Position numbers and translations under genes: made by a program
NCBI GenBank assembly: GCA_950097015.1
Contig: CATNEN010000003.1
Location: 1,116,001 to 1,180,000 of the forward strand
Reading direction: 5' to 3'
Origin: Macrostomum hystrix
Lineage: Eukaryota; Animalia; Platyhelminthes
DNA length: 64,000 nt
The notes under the pieces: generated by a model
Databases searched by the model: none
Told to the model about the DNA's origin: nothing
What the model saw: only the letters and a program-made list of their open reading frames with translations
In this document: positions 50,801 to 61,808 of the stretch, piece by piece
Layout: the number at the start of each line of letters is the position of its first letter
Numbering within the stretch: position 1 is the first letter of the stretch

Positions 50801-53156
50801 TGGTTGACGCTGCACCGAACTTTCCAGCCACCTGGAGCCATGGCTTCGCTCACCTGCAGTTCGTGTGTGCTGTTGAACTCGCCTTGCTGAAATGGGAGTG
50901 CGTTGTACACAGTTTGAGTCGGGCTTCTCAAAGCTGCTCATTGCAGTGCTCAGCACTCACTTTGACGTTCAGAAGCAGCACAGGTGGGGCACCTGTCAGC
51001 AGCTCCAGCCAGCAGGTGTGGCTCACATTCCAGATGCTGCACTGGCTGGAGGTCACAGAGATGTTCCTGGTCTCTCCCACCTGCCAGTGACGACTCGGGC
51101 CCAGGTGGATGGCCGTCAGGCACGGATCTGTGGGTGAAGATTGGTCGAGCTCTTTAGTTTAAAATCTCGCTTTTTCAAAGCTGAGGGACTTGAAAGTGCT
51201 CACTACTGTTACTTTTAGGAATAGAACTTCGTGTGTGAGACTTGAGTTTGAATTTTCATTTATTTACGAACACGAAGCTCATAAGACCAGAGTTGGTGAA
51301 CTCACCGCTGACGTCTGAAACATTGTACTGCTTAACCACTGCAGTGCCTGACGAGCAGACGATCTCAGCATTCGCATCGGCGGCCGACACGTTGAATTTG
51401 AACTCTGACTCAACTCTGATGAGAGTTCGGTATTTGCTATCGAGCACCTTGAGCTGATTCTGAAATGGTTGTTGCTTCAGTGCCTGCAGTTTTGTGAGTG
51501 GCTGCATCAATATCAGAGCAATTTACCCAGCCAGCAATGCTCAGATTTCTCTGAGATTCCAGCGTCCTGATGAAGCAGCGATGCTGGAACTCTGGAAGCG
51601 AGTCTGTGAAGACGCGAACCGCTGCAGGAAATCCCGCAACCAGGACTGGAGAGACGGATAGACTCAGCTGAGTAGGCAGGACTGCAGTGTAGAAAATATT
51701 GAGGGGTGATAAAACTGATCAATTCCTCAAGAACGAAGCCACAGAGCTTCAGTACCATCGAGCAGCAGCAGCTTCTCAAGCAGAACTGGTCCTTCTCTGT
51801 CCCAGCCGCACTGCAGCAGCATGCCGTGGTCTTGGAGAAGAAGAGCCAGCTTGAGTTTGTGAGTCCACATCCCGCCTGCCATCTCCTCAGAGCCAAGCTG
51901 CAGAGGACGGATCAGGCAAGCAATGGGCCTCTTTATTCATGCGGAAATCACAGGCCTCACAGAGGCAACTCACGTGTTGAAATACGTTTGCGGAGCTCGT
52001 TCTGCCAGCGTCCTGAAGCCAGCAAACCGGCTGCCTGTTGCCGCAGCTGTTCAGGTAGAGTTCGATGGCGTCTTCATTAGAAATCAAGCCGTAGCGGCTG
52101 TACAGGTGCTTCCCTGACAGCGACCGATTCAACTGCATCAGGGGGTGACGGCCTGAAGGGACAATGGAACAGACTTATTTGTTTCAATAGTGCTGCTCAT
52201 CGAATAATGCTATAGTGAAACAATTATCAAACCAGAGACCTGAGACAGACACTGCCTGCCAGCTCAGCGGCCTCCAACTGCTCATGCGAAGGAAGGAGAC
52301 AGGTGTCTGAAAAAACAGGCCACGAATTTCTAATCAGAGTGACTGGGAGAAATGAATAATTAGCTCACACCTCAGCGTCACTGCCTCCGAGCTGCCTCCA
52401 GCGGTCGCTGCTGTTGAAGGCCTCCCAGCTGGCGCGGCACGGATCCTCCAGCTGCAGCTCTAGCGGGAGGCTCGCAGCTCCGACCGCCGACACGGGCGAG
52501 CCGACCGCACCTGCTGCCTGCCACTGGTCATCTGCAACACGAGTGCCATGCTGACAGACTGACTGTCTCAGACTGAATGTCTCAGACTGACTGTCTCAGA
52601 CTGACTGTCTCAGACTGACTGTCTCAGACTGACTGTCTCAGACTGACTGTCTCAGACTGACTGTCTCAGACTGACTGTCTCAGACTGACTGTCTCAGACT
52701 GACTGTCTCAGCATCGGTCATGAGAACAAATGAAGGTCAGCGTCACTCACCCCAGCCTCGCATGCTCACCCGATCCAGCACCATCGGCTGCCTCAGCTGC
52801 ATCACAAGCCACCGAGGCCCGGACTGCACAGCAGCTGGGAATCGGTTTGTCTCCGACCGGCCATTCTGCCCCCGCTGGCAGTCACCGCCCGGCTGCCAGG
52901 TTCGCACAATGTCGGTGAGTCCGACTGTGACTTTTTGTGAGCAATAGGTATTAAATGTTTTTTGCATTACATTTCATCTGTATTAAATGTGTATTTTTAT
53001 AATGCCTCGTAACTCTTATCCTGTCTCTGGCTCACCTGTGCGAGTTACACTCGAGCAGTCAGTAGCGGAATCCAATTTCTTCAGCGAGGATAATAGAAGT
53101 AGAAAGCACAGGAGCACGTTTAGGCTGGTGTGAAAGCATTGCCTTAGCAGCATCAT
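47828..53156 (-). CDS. Family B receptor copy B2 (one more ectodomain module than B1)
   Basis: Signal exon MMLLRQCFHTSLNVLLCFLLLLSSL and the same discoidin-like exons as B1. Ig-like strands THKLKLALLLQDHGMLLQC, ESEFKFNVSAADANAEIVC and STHELQVSEAMAPGGWKVRCSV. Extra exon ~49710-50020. TM LLSIGIVLAALAAIGCSIWVCILPV. The last exon ends DDSDDDQAWLLEATGHYESDGCTFRRYRY*. Confidence 0.7.
50077..50610. repeat. 27-bp minisatellite CAATTGCAGTCACATGCAACTCATGCT x~20, intronic in B2
   Basis: Direct tandem units between the donor at ~50740 and the acceptor at ~50020. Confidence 0.92.
52555..52710. repeat. 14-bp minisatellite CAGACTGACTGTCT in B2 intron 2
   Basis: About 11 units, same unit as 31326-31665. 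Confidence 0.92.
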
Positions 53157-53899
53157 GTTTCCAGTTTGCACTGATTTCTCATTCTCGAAATATGGTTTTG
53201 GGCGCATTATGTATGAAGCAAGTGAAAGGCTGCGTACGTTCAATATTTTTCAGACTGAGGTTGCGCATATTTGCTTCGATGGAGGTACAAGGTAGTTGAT
53301 AGATGTTTGTTAGATTTTGTCCTATCAGGTTCACCCAAACTGCCTCATAAGGGGCTGGAACACTCCATGGTGCATTAATTCAATGACCACTTATTTCAAC
53401 ATCTAATAAATGTACTCAAAAACGAGTTACAAAGTGGCAGTGTGAAAGAGCCTTTCGTGCGGAGATTACGTCTGGTCAAACAGTGGCTTGTTGCTTTTAG
53501 GGAAAAATGAGTCCGTACTTTTAAGCTTACGTATCCTTAAGTTTAAACTTAACAATAGAAAATATAAAAGTATATAAAATACCCACATTCTTGTTTTTTT
53601 CTGAATCTAAAAATTTTCGCTGTTTCCGAAACTACTTTAATCGGAAAACACCAGCATCATCGAGATATTCAACGGTTCTCGTCGGAGGGTCTGGTGTCAA
53701 GAAAAACAAATATAGGCATATTTTTCTGCTCAAAATTTTTGATTGACTACTCGTAGTTTGGATTGATAAAATAGATTTTTTGCATTTTTAACCCATTCTA
53801 TGGTTTCGACTTACATGTTTATACTTGCAATGCTACTTGCTCTTGTCACCGGGGTCTTCGACAAGAATCACTGAATATCGAGACTCACAAGGCTTTGAA

Positions 53900-54350
53900 A
53901 ATTAGTTCATCGTAAAGGGCGGATATTTCGATCCATGTGGAGGACTTTCACGAAAATCGATCATTCGGTTTGGGATCAGCAAATCTAGGCGGTCGAGATG
54001 GTCGTAGTTGGTAACCATGACCGAGCGCTGTGGTTGGCAGATATCTTTGACAATACGAGCGTACTGGCATGGAGTCGGATAACTTCAGGCGAGTCAATTT
54101 ACTGAAGAGTCAGCGTGACCTTGCCAGAGTCGACCACTGAGGTGAGGCATGAGTAGGCAAATATTTGGTGCGTTCGGAGTTACTTGACTGGAGGCCAAAA
54201 AGCTGACAAGCGTCTTCGCGGACATAGGTTCGATTGCTACACCAGTATCGAGCAGCAAGCGCACCATTAACTCGAGATCTCCCCCAGAGCTTAGCAGAAT
54301 CGCCTTTGCAACGGGCAGTACGACAGTCGCTTGGCTCTGGGATGAAAATT
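53900..54350 (-). mobile_element. BEL/Pao-like aspartic protease relic
   Basis: The minus strand reads SQATVVLPVAKAILLSSGGDLELMVRLLLDTG, resembling the BEL/Pao protease N-terminus. It is degraded beyond that point. Confidence 0.5.
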
Positions 54351-54779
54351 GGGAAAACTCACTGCTGCTGCGAATGACTGGTCAAATTTGAGTCAATTTG
54401 AGTTAAGCACGCAGTACTCTGAGTTGTTTCTCTTATCGTTTCAATGTTTAAGTTCTCAATTTGATAATTAAAGCGGGTTGAGCATCGTGCGAAAGAGGCT
54501 GAGAAGACAGTCAAGCATCGGTCCTTCTGGAGAGAGGTTTTTTAGACTTTGTAGTTAGACCGTCCTTTGCATTCGATTGATTAGTAGCTGTGTAAATGCT
54601 AAAGTGATGATTGCCAGGCTCGCACCGGCGGGACACCACCTGTGAGTTATGAGTCAGACCGGGCTAACGTCACAGGATTCTGCCAAAACGCTTGACCACG
54701 GTTGGCGACGCAGTTCCTCAGGAACGACACCAGGGCAACATCGGAACCACTGATGCCCCAAAACCATCCTGCCCCGCCG

Positions 54780-55900
54780 CAACTTATGTAAACACTAGAG
54801 TGGTTACTCCTCTACATGCCATTGTCGACAAGCTGGAGCGCGCCCTGCTTGGCACTGGTTTCGCTCTCTCGCTCTTCCTCAACATAGACGGCGCCTTCTA
54901 AATTGTGCTTTTCGAAGCCTTTAAGCGTGCCCTGGAGTACCGGGCCGCGCACGAGCACCTCACCCGCTGGATCATGATCTCTCACCGAACTGACTGCCAC
55001 CTCGCACCTGCTTGGCCACTCTCACTCTGTGGAAGTCCAGAAGGGAGGCCCGTAGGTGGCGTTCTTAGTCCGATCCTTTGGAACCTTGTCATGGATGAGC
55101 ATCACTGACCCGGACCCGGTCCAGAAAATACTGACGATGTTACCGCCACGGTGGCCGGACCGTCACCCATGGTCCTTAGAGACCTTCTGCAAGCTTTTAT
55201 CCACCGTGCCGAGCGCTGGACTCATTGCTGCGTCCTCAAACTCTCTAGTCGAAGACCGTTTTCATCATTTTCACCAGCAAACGAAACTGGAGGATTGAGC
55301 CTCTTCTTCTCTATTACAAAGCCATAGCCATGGAGAAGCAAACTAGATGTTTAGGTGTTATCCTCGACCACAGGTTGAGCTGGACAACTCACGTCAAATT
55401 CAAAATCGCTCTCCCGACGCTCGCGCAGATCCGCAGAGCCTTTGGTGCTTACCTGGGGCCTCACCCTCCGCCGTCTCTGGTGGATCTACACGAACATTGT
55501 AAGACTGGCCATATCTTTTGCCGGCTTCATTTGGAATAGTGCCCTGGAGATCCAAGGCCCTAAGCAAGGTGCAGGGCCGTGCTTGTCGAGCCATCATGAG
55601 TGCGGCACCCTCCACCCCCTTCGCAAGTATGAATACTTTCCTGGACAGCTTACGGGATCTGGACGCAGCAGGTCTCAAAATTCTCACAGACGGAATTCCG
55701 TCGACGATGTGCGCACCGCTAAAATTCAAAATCAGCATCACGCCTCGCCAGGAAGTGCGTGATCACAGCCACAGCCCCTTGAAGTACACTGCTTCACCGA
55801 CGGTTAGCAAATCAACTGTCTCTGGTTTCGGCTATTGCATTATGCCATGGAGGGAGAACTGTGGCGACCTTCTCCCAGCACACCGGCAGAAGCTGCGGAT
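54780..55900 (+). mobile_element. Degenerate LINE RT (+ RNase H-like) fragment
   Basis: SLFLNIDGAF, GGVLSPILWNLVMD, CLGVILDHRLSWTTHV and WGLTLRRLWWIYTNIVR, across frameshifts. Confidence 0.8.
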
Positions 55901-56940
55901 CAATCAAAATATCCACGGAGCAGAAATCAGATGCAGAAGCGAGTTTAGAAATTGTTAAGGTGCTTGTTTCCTCTTCAAAGTCTCGAGAGCGCAGCTTCTG
56001 TGAAGTATTCATGCCAGCTTTTTTTACATGAAAAACAGATGTCCATCTTGTTTTTTAGACACTCTAGAAGAGCCTCAATAGAATCGATGTCGTTGCGTGC
56101 GAGGTTGGCTGAGCGGTGCAATTGGAGTCGAATTTCAGTTGGGCAGCGACGCAGCAGAGATGGAAGCAGCAGAGCCTCATACGGAGCGCTGCTAAATTAT
56201 CGCGAATGCGCTGTAAAATGTAACGAAAATGAGAGATTAAAAAAGAGCAATGAGCAAAAACACGTCTCGCAGGAAATTTAAATAGAAAGTTGAAAAATCA
56301 CGCAAAAAGTAAGAAAATCTCATTATACAGAGTAGATGGTTCATCAATTTAGTTCAGGAATCCCTGAAGAATTTTGACCGCGTTGATGAGACCGGGAGCT
56401 TCATACTCTCAATACTTTTTGGATGTGGCACTAAGCAAGAATGTAAGGAGGCTCGACGCAATCGCTTACACCCGGGCGCACTGTATTCGCTGTCTTTCTC
56501 TCGTTCTCATCTGTGTAAGACGACATGAACAAGGATATGATATTGATACCGGCTGCAGTATGTGGCCTTGATGAATCAGAGAGGCATGGAGACAGCTCAG
56601 GAAGAACCACAGGAAGGAAGTGCTATATATCTGACATGCGAATCAAAAGTGGCATCACAGGCTACAGGCATAGATTAGCTTCATTAGTGCGATTTGCAAA
56701 TCGATAATTAACGACACAATATATGAAGTCGTTTTACAACTCTAATATTGTCGACTTGCAGTAGTTCATAATTCTAGATACATACTCAAAAGTATCTCCA
56801 GCCACATGATGCAGTTCATGAGTTTATCAGTTGTCTGCAAGAAAACCACGTACCTTTGTCTGAAGTTGGTACGAATATGAAAAAATTGGCGGAAAAGTCT
56901 TCAAGAGCGACTTCAAGGCCCTGTGCCATGGCCAAGGCTG

Positions 56941-56971
56941 CTGATTGGCTGCGGCTATGGGGCTATAAAAG
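56941..56971 (+). promoter_or_regulatory. Reverse CCAAT box + TATA box upstream of the TBP-like gene
   Basis: CTGATTGGCT (56941-56950) and GGCTATAAAAG (TATAAAA at 56964-56970), about 50 bp before the ATG at 57017. Confidence 0.55.
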
Positions 56972-57016
56972 TAGCTATCTGCAGCAGGCATCGACAATTC
57001 TCTCGACCACCTAAAA

Positions 57017-57510
57017 ATGGCCTCGACAATTCGCGTGACCGGAGCCGATCTGGCGACACGGATGGATCTGCTTCAGCTGGCAAATCTCCTCACTCTGCAT
57101 CTGTCTCAGTACCGCCACACATCGCCTGATTCATCTTCGAACCCAATTGCCATGGTGATGGAGGTGAAGGGCACGATTAAGGGCGGAGCACGGCAGCATC
57201 GAGTGACCGCGCTGGTGTACCCGACCGGGCAAGTGTCCGTCTGTGGAGCCAGAAGCTTCGAGGAAGCTAATGGAGGAGACGGAGAAGATTTTGCGACTGA
57301 GTGCGAACTTCTTGCGATTGCCCAGTCTGCCCCAGGTTCGCATCAAGACCATTACCTTTACGACAACTTTTGACCCTGGACCACATCCACTTCGGTTGGC
57401 CACATCGGGAAACATTCGAGCCGGAGCTGTTTAATGGATTTGCATTTGAGTTTTCTGCTTCCATAAAATTAATTCTCTCGCAGCGTGGCCGAGGCTCAGA
57501 CTGCAGCTGA
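57017..57510 (+). pseudogene. Highly divergent TATA-binding-protein-fold gene, intronless, with at least two frameshifts
   Basis: Repeat 1: DLATRMDLLQLA...IAMVMEV...RVTALVYPTGQVSVCGARSFEEA (TBP: LGCKLDLKTIA...AAVIMRI...[21 protein letters not shown]). Repeat 2, in shifted frames: VRIKTITFT / LTLDHIHFGWPHRETFEPELFNGFAFEFSASIKLIL (TBP: FKIQNMVGS...IRLEGL...SSYEPELFPGLIYRM...IVLLIF). Confidence 0.75.
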
Positions 57511-58128
57511 TGCTCTCTCCCATGTTTTGTGTTCAGATCAAACATCTGAACCTAATTTGCTGGACTCGATCCGAGCTCCTCTGTAGCCTAACAGTAGTGA
57601 GATCTGAATATGCGCCGTGTAAAATTTTCTGATGTATCTTTCCTTTGTCCTTTAATCTGTACAAATAATCATAAAAAACGCAAATGTCACTATTGTGTGT
57701 TTATGCAACAATACAGACGAAAATGTAATAATTGTTTAAAAAAATATTTTTAAAGGCATGCAATATTATGGCCCCCAAGTGATAAAAACATAATCAATAT
57801 TTTGGCTGAGACAAAAATATATGCAAAAATGCATTCATTACGAAGTGCATTAGTCAGTAGCACGCTAATTCTCCGGCTCTCTGACTGCTTTGGATCTAGG
57901 CGGCGTTTAACCTCTGCTTAAACAGCTTGCCAAGCTTCCCAGATATGATCATCCATGCTTGCCATGGTGCGGGCTGTCGTTCAGGCACCGCCATGAGCTG
58001 GTCCAGTGTCAGTGTTGAGGCCTGTTCTTTGCAGTCAGTTGAACTCCATAGCCAGCAAATGGAAGAATTCCTTGTTCCGTGCTTGGCCGACGCCTTTGAA
58101 TCTCCGCTTGCACAGCATGCCAGGCCTC

Positions 58129-58717
58129 GGGGCGAGGGGGGTCAGCGGCTAACGTCGCTGCCTCGCACTCCAAAGGACGCTAGTTCGATTCACCCTTCAG
58201 GTCACGATTAATTTCGGGACTTGTTGGGGGGGTTTGGACAGTAGCGACCGGCGGAGGTGCACCATATTTCGTGCAATCAAAGCTTGAAAAATAGCTTCGC
58301 TCCTACCTTTCTGTGTGCCTGTTCTGCGTTGTATGAGTTATGTGCGTTGGCGCTGGGGCGTTAGACCTTGCGGGGGGTGGCTGGGGGGGCGGGTGTACAC
58401 CGCTGCGCGCTCATCTGGATTTCCGTCAGCGCGATTGGATAAAGTGTACACTCGTCACCCGCCCACCCCCTGAGGACTGATTTCTATCAGCCTTCCGCCC
58501 CGGCTTGGTCTGCTCTGTGCGTGTGCGGGCCTGGGGTGAGAGGCACTCCGGCTGCCGCCCCCTTCCCCGCTTGGCTTGCTGCTGTGTGTGTGAGGTGCCT
58601 GCTCAGGGGAGGCGGCGCAATGGGCGGCTCTCGCCTAGTTCGCCGGCCTGGGGGCATGCCGTTCCTGTGTTTGTGCGTCAAGTGCCCCAGGCCCCCCTGC
58701 AAAGTAAGTAAGTAAGT
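58129..58717 (+). mobile_element. Retroposed LINE-3'-end/SINE-like insertion with 12-bp TSD
   Basis: TSD ATGCCAGGCCTC at 58117-58128 and 58718-58729. It ends in an (AAGT)n tail like the element at 20948. GC-rich body. Confidence 0.85.
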
Positions 58718-59561
58718 ATGCCAGGCCTCCCTGTAATCGTCGCACGGTGCTGTCTCTCGATCAAACGAGGCCAGCCTACCGAGCGGCAGCTTTGATACCC
58801 ATTCATCACTGCCTATTGACATCAATTCGCTAGTCAGTCATATTCTCCAAACGCTTCCTCATGCTGGACAGATCCTGCAACTGCTTGATGCTGAGCTCCA
58901 TTCTGGGTACGCTTGGTCGAAACTTTTCGCAGTCCTTGTTCCACTTTCAGATGCTGACAGCGTGTATTACGCCAGACACACAAGCCGAAATATTAATTTT
59001 AACAACTATTTGGACACCATTTTCTTCTTTTACAACTAAAAGTCAACCTAAAACAATCGAGAATGGAATACTAGAACTGCCTGTCTGAATACCGAGTTTA
59101 TACAATTTTTATAGTTTTTATTATTTTAATGAGACACGGGGATATTCATCAGATCTGCAAATACAAGCACTCGCCAGCAGTCCACACTAGCATTTCAAAT
59201 GGATTTAAATACGAGTATCATACAGAGTCGAATGCTGATGTTGATGATGGTGGGATATTCACTACTCAGCTGTACGTAAATCGCAGCTTTAATATTAGGT
59301 TATATACGAACTGCTTTATTCCTAGGTAGGCCAAAGGAAACAAGGCCAGGAACACCGGGATTCAATATATTGTTAGAATAGCGAGTAATATTGGAGACGC
59401 GAATATTTAGAATGGCATCATGGCTGTCCGGCTATAATTAGTATGGAGGAGACCTAATCGAAGTGCGTTAGAAGATTCTGTAGAAGAGCACAGAAATAAT
59501 ATAATATATAAATGTTCGAAAAATGCAAAAATAACATTTCGTCTTTCAGGTTCTGAAAATG

Positions 59562-61808
59562 TCAAAATTTCTCAGGTTGAGGCGAAGGGCATCTTTGGAC
59601 ATCATTTTCCATAGTAAACAATATTTGCGGATCTTGCAGTAACGAGTCAAATTGTGAATTTCCATTTGGCGCTTCAAATTTCTGATTGATGAGCTGACAA
59701 GTTTCCGCTTTAGCCAGCGTCAGAGCGGGATCGGCTTGCTTCTTCCGGAATGTGATATCTCTTTTCCCTCGGTAAAGAATCATGACTGCGGCAAACAGGG
59801 CTAAACAAACCGCCAACAGCAGAGCCACAGCTAGGATTATGCAGAGGCCGTTTCCTACTCTTGATTGCTGATGGATTTCAGTCTCCGAATTCCTGCGAGC
59901 TTCTTCCATCCAAAGCTCCACAGTCCGGCTGCAGTTGGCGCAGCGAGTTCTGGCAGTCGCCGCGAAGCTGATCAGCGCACTCAGCGACTCGTTGCAGTCG
60001 CCAAAGAAAACGCGACCGATGGCACCGTCACCGTCCACCGACGCAGATGCGCTGAGGGAGCCGCAGAGCACGCCTGTGGCAGACTCTGATTGGACAGTGA
60101 ACTTTCTGCAAATATTTTACAAACTCGCTTTGTACTCACACTTTGAGTTCTATTTGAGAGACTGCACGCGCTACTTACAGACTTGAGGTGTCGTTAAATA
60201 TCTCCACTGTACAGCGGTCGTCCGAGTGTCTCAGGTAGAAAATCGACTGTTTTCTGGGCAGGTAGAACATCCCGATGCGGAGTCTCTTTGATAAGTCCAA
60301 CGGAGTCTTTGAGCGAGTGCTGAGTCCCGATCCTACTCTGGTTCGCTGGCCTGCAATGAGTTGGTTTGCAAGTTCTTTTCGGGTGTGTGAGTGCCATTGT
60401 GAGCAAATCGTCACCCGGACTGACTTACTCTCTCTGACGAAGCTGTGCAGGGAGCTGGAACTGTTGAAGGACGCCAGACTCATGACCAGGCTGTCCCCGT
60501 TGAGGGCTGTCAGCTCAGCATCCAGGCATCTGCGTGTTGGTGAGGCCATGAAGCAGCTGCTGTCGAAACTCGTCGTTTCCCGTCCACAGAAGCCGGGCTC
60601 CATCAGCTGAATCCTCAGGCCAGGTGTGTTTGGATTGTTAGACTTCAGTCGGTAGGTGACAGTCAGGTAGCTCCTGTGAGTACAAACAATTCGAGTACTG
60701 AGTATCGAGTACGTTTCGTTTTAATTAGCGATTAGGATATGTAGAAGTTAACATACATGGGAGCAGGAGTTGTAGCATGACAGAATCGTCAAGATCGAGT
60801 AAAACTCACCCTCGGGGCAGCTGTAGAACCCGGAAAGTATCCAATTCCACCGACTCAGCAGTCTTTGTTGAGTTTGACGAGCAGTGCGATGCTGTGAAAT
60901 AGGAAATGTTTTTAGATAACTTGCTGGCAAGTATCTAAATATTAATTTCCTTGAAAAATTTTAAGGTTTAAAATAATGGGCACAAAGAGCCAAATTTCTG
61001 CGGATGCGTAAAAATGTGCAATGACGGAATAAGGCCTGCCACTATCACATTTACCACTCTGCCACTCACCTTATGAGGAAGGAGGTGAGGAAGATTTTCT
61101 GCAGATTTCAATTATTTGATAGCGAACCACAACTATGAGGAATATAATTTGATTGACTTTATTGGATGAGGGCAGCTTTTTGAGGTTTTGGTACTTGAAA
61201 CAGAACAGCTACAAGCATAAAAAATAGGCAACTCACAAGTCGGATCGAGTGTGCGCAGTTCGTATTTTATTTCTTCGACTTCGGATGAAACAGATCTGAT
61301 AACTCTTCTTCTATTATTCATGTGGACGCTTAGATTGAATCCGCTCATAGTCAGGACCGCATTGCTCAGGTGGTCTACTGAGATGTGCCATTTGCAGTTG
61401 ACTTCTTGACCTTCCTGAACTGGGACACCGTCGGTGAGTGGAATCAAACGAAAATCCACGAATGTGAGCTGGCTTCCGAAATGCAGCATCCGCGTGCCTC
61501 CCACTGTGCAGTAGCAGTAATCGGACTCAACTCTGCGGAATTGTAAAAAATGAATCGATTTCTCATCATTAGAACGGGAAGCACCCACTATTAAGAACAG
61601 CACTGCACCATGAGGGATGTAGAGATTTGTAGACCTGAGTCAACGATGCACTAACTTTAGATATAACAACAATAGCTATGATTATTCCAAATATTGAACT
61701 CCAAAAACTAATTAAAAACACTCACATGGTAGGTTGCAGTGTGAGGAGGCAAAGTAGCACAATCAAAACCACTTTAGTATAAGATCTGTCGGTGAGGCAG
61801 TACACCAT
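59562..61808 (-). CDS. Family A receptor copy A7 (most divergent)
   Basis: Signal exon MVYCLTDRSYTKVVLIVLLCLLTLQPT. Then DYCYCTVGG...VNCKWHISV, FCGRETTSFDSSCFMAS...MSLASFNS, KTPLDLSKRLRIGMF, LCGSL...FFGDCNESLSALISFA and TM LCIILAVALLLAVCLALFAAVMILY. Confidence 0.75.

Noticed and set aside
58470-58500. Possible hammerhead ribozyme (CTGAGGA + short stem CTGAT/ATCAG)
   Set aside because: The required GAAA core after stem II is absent.
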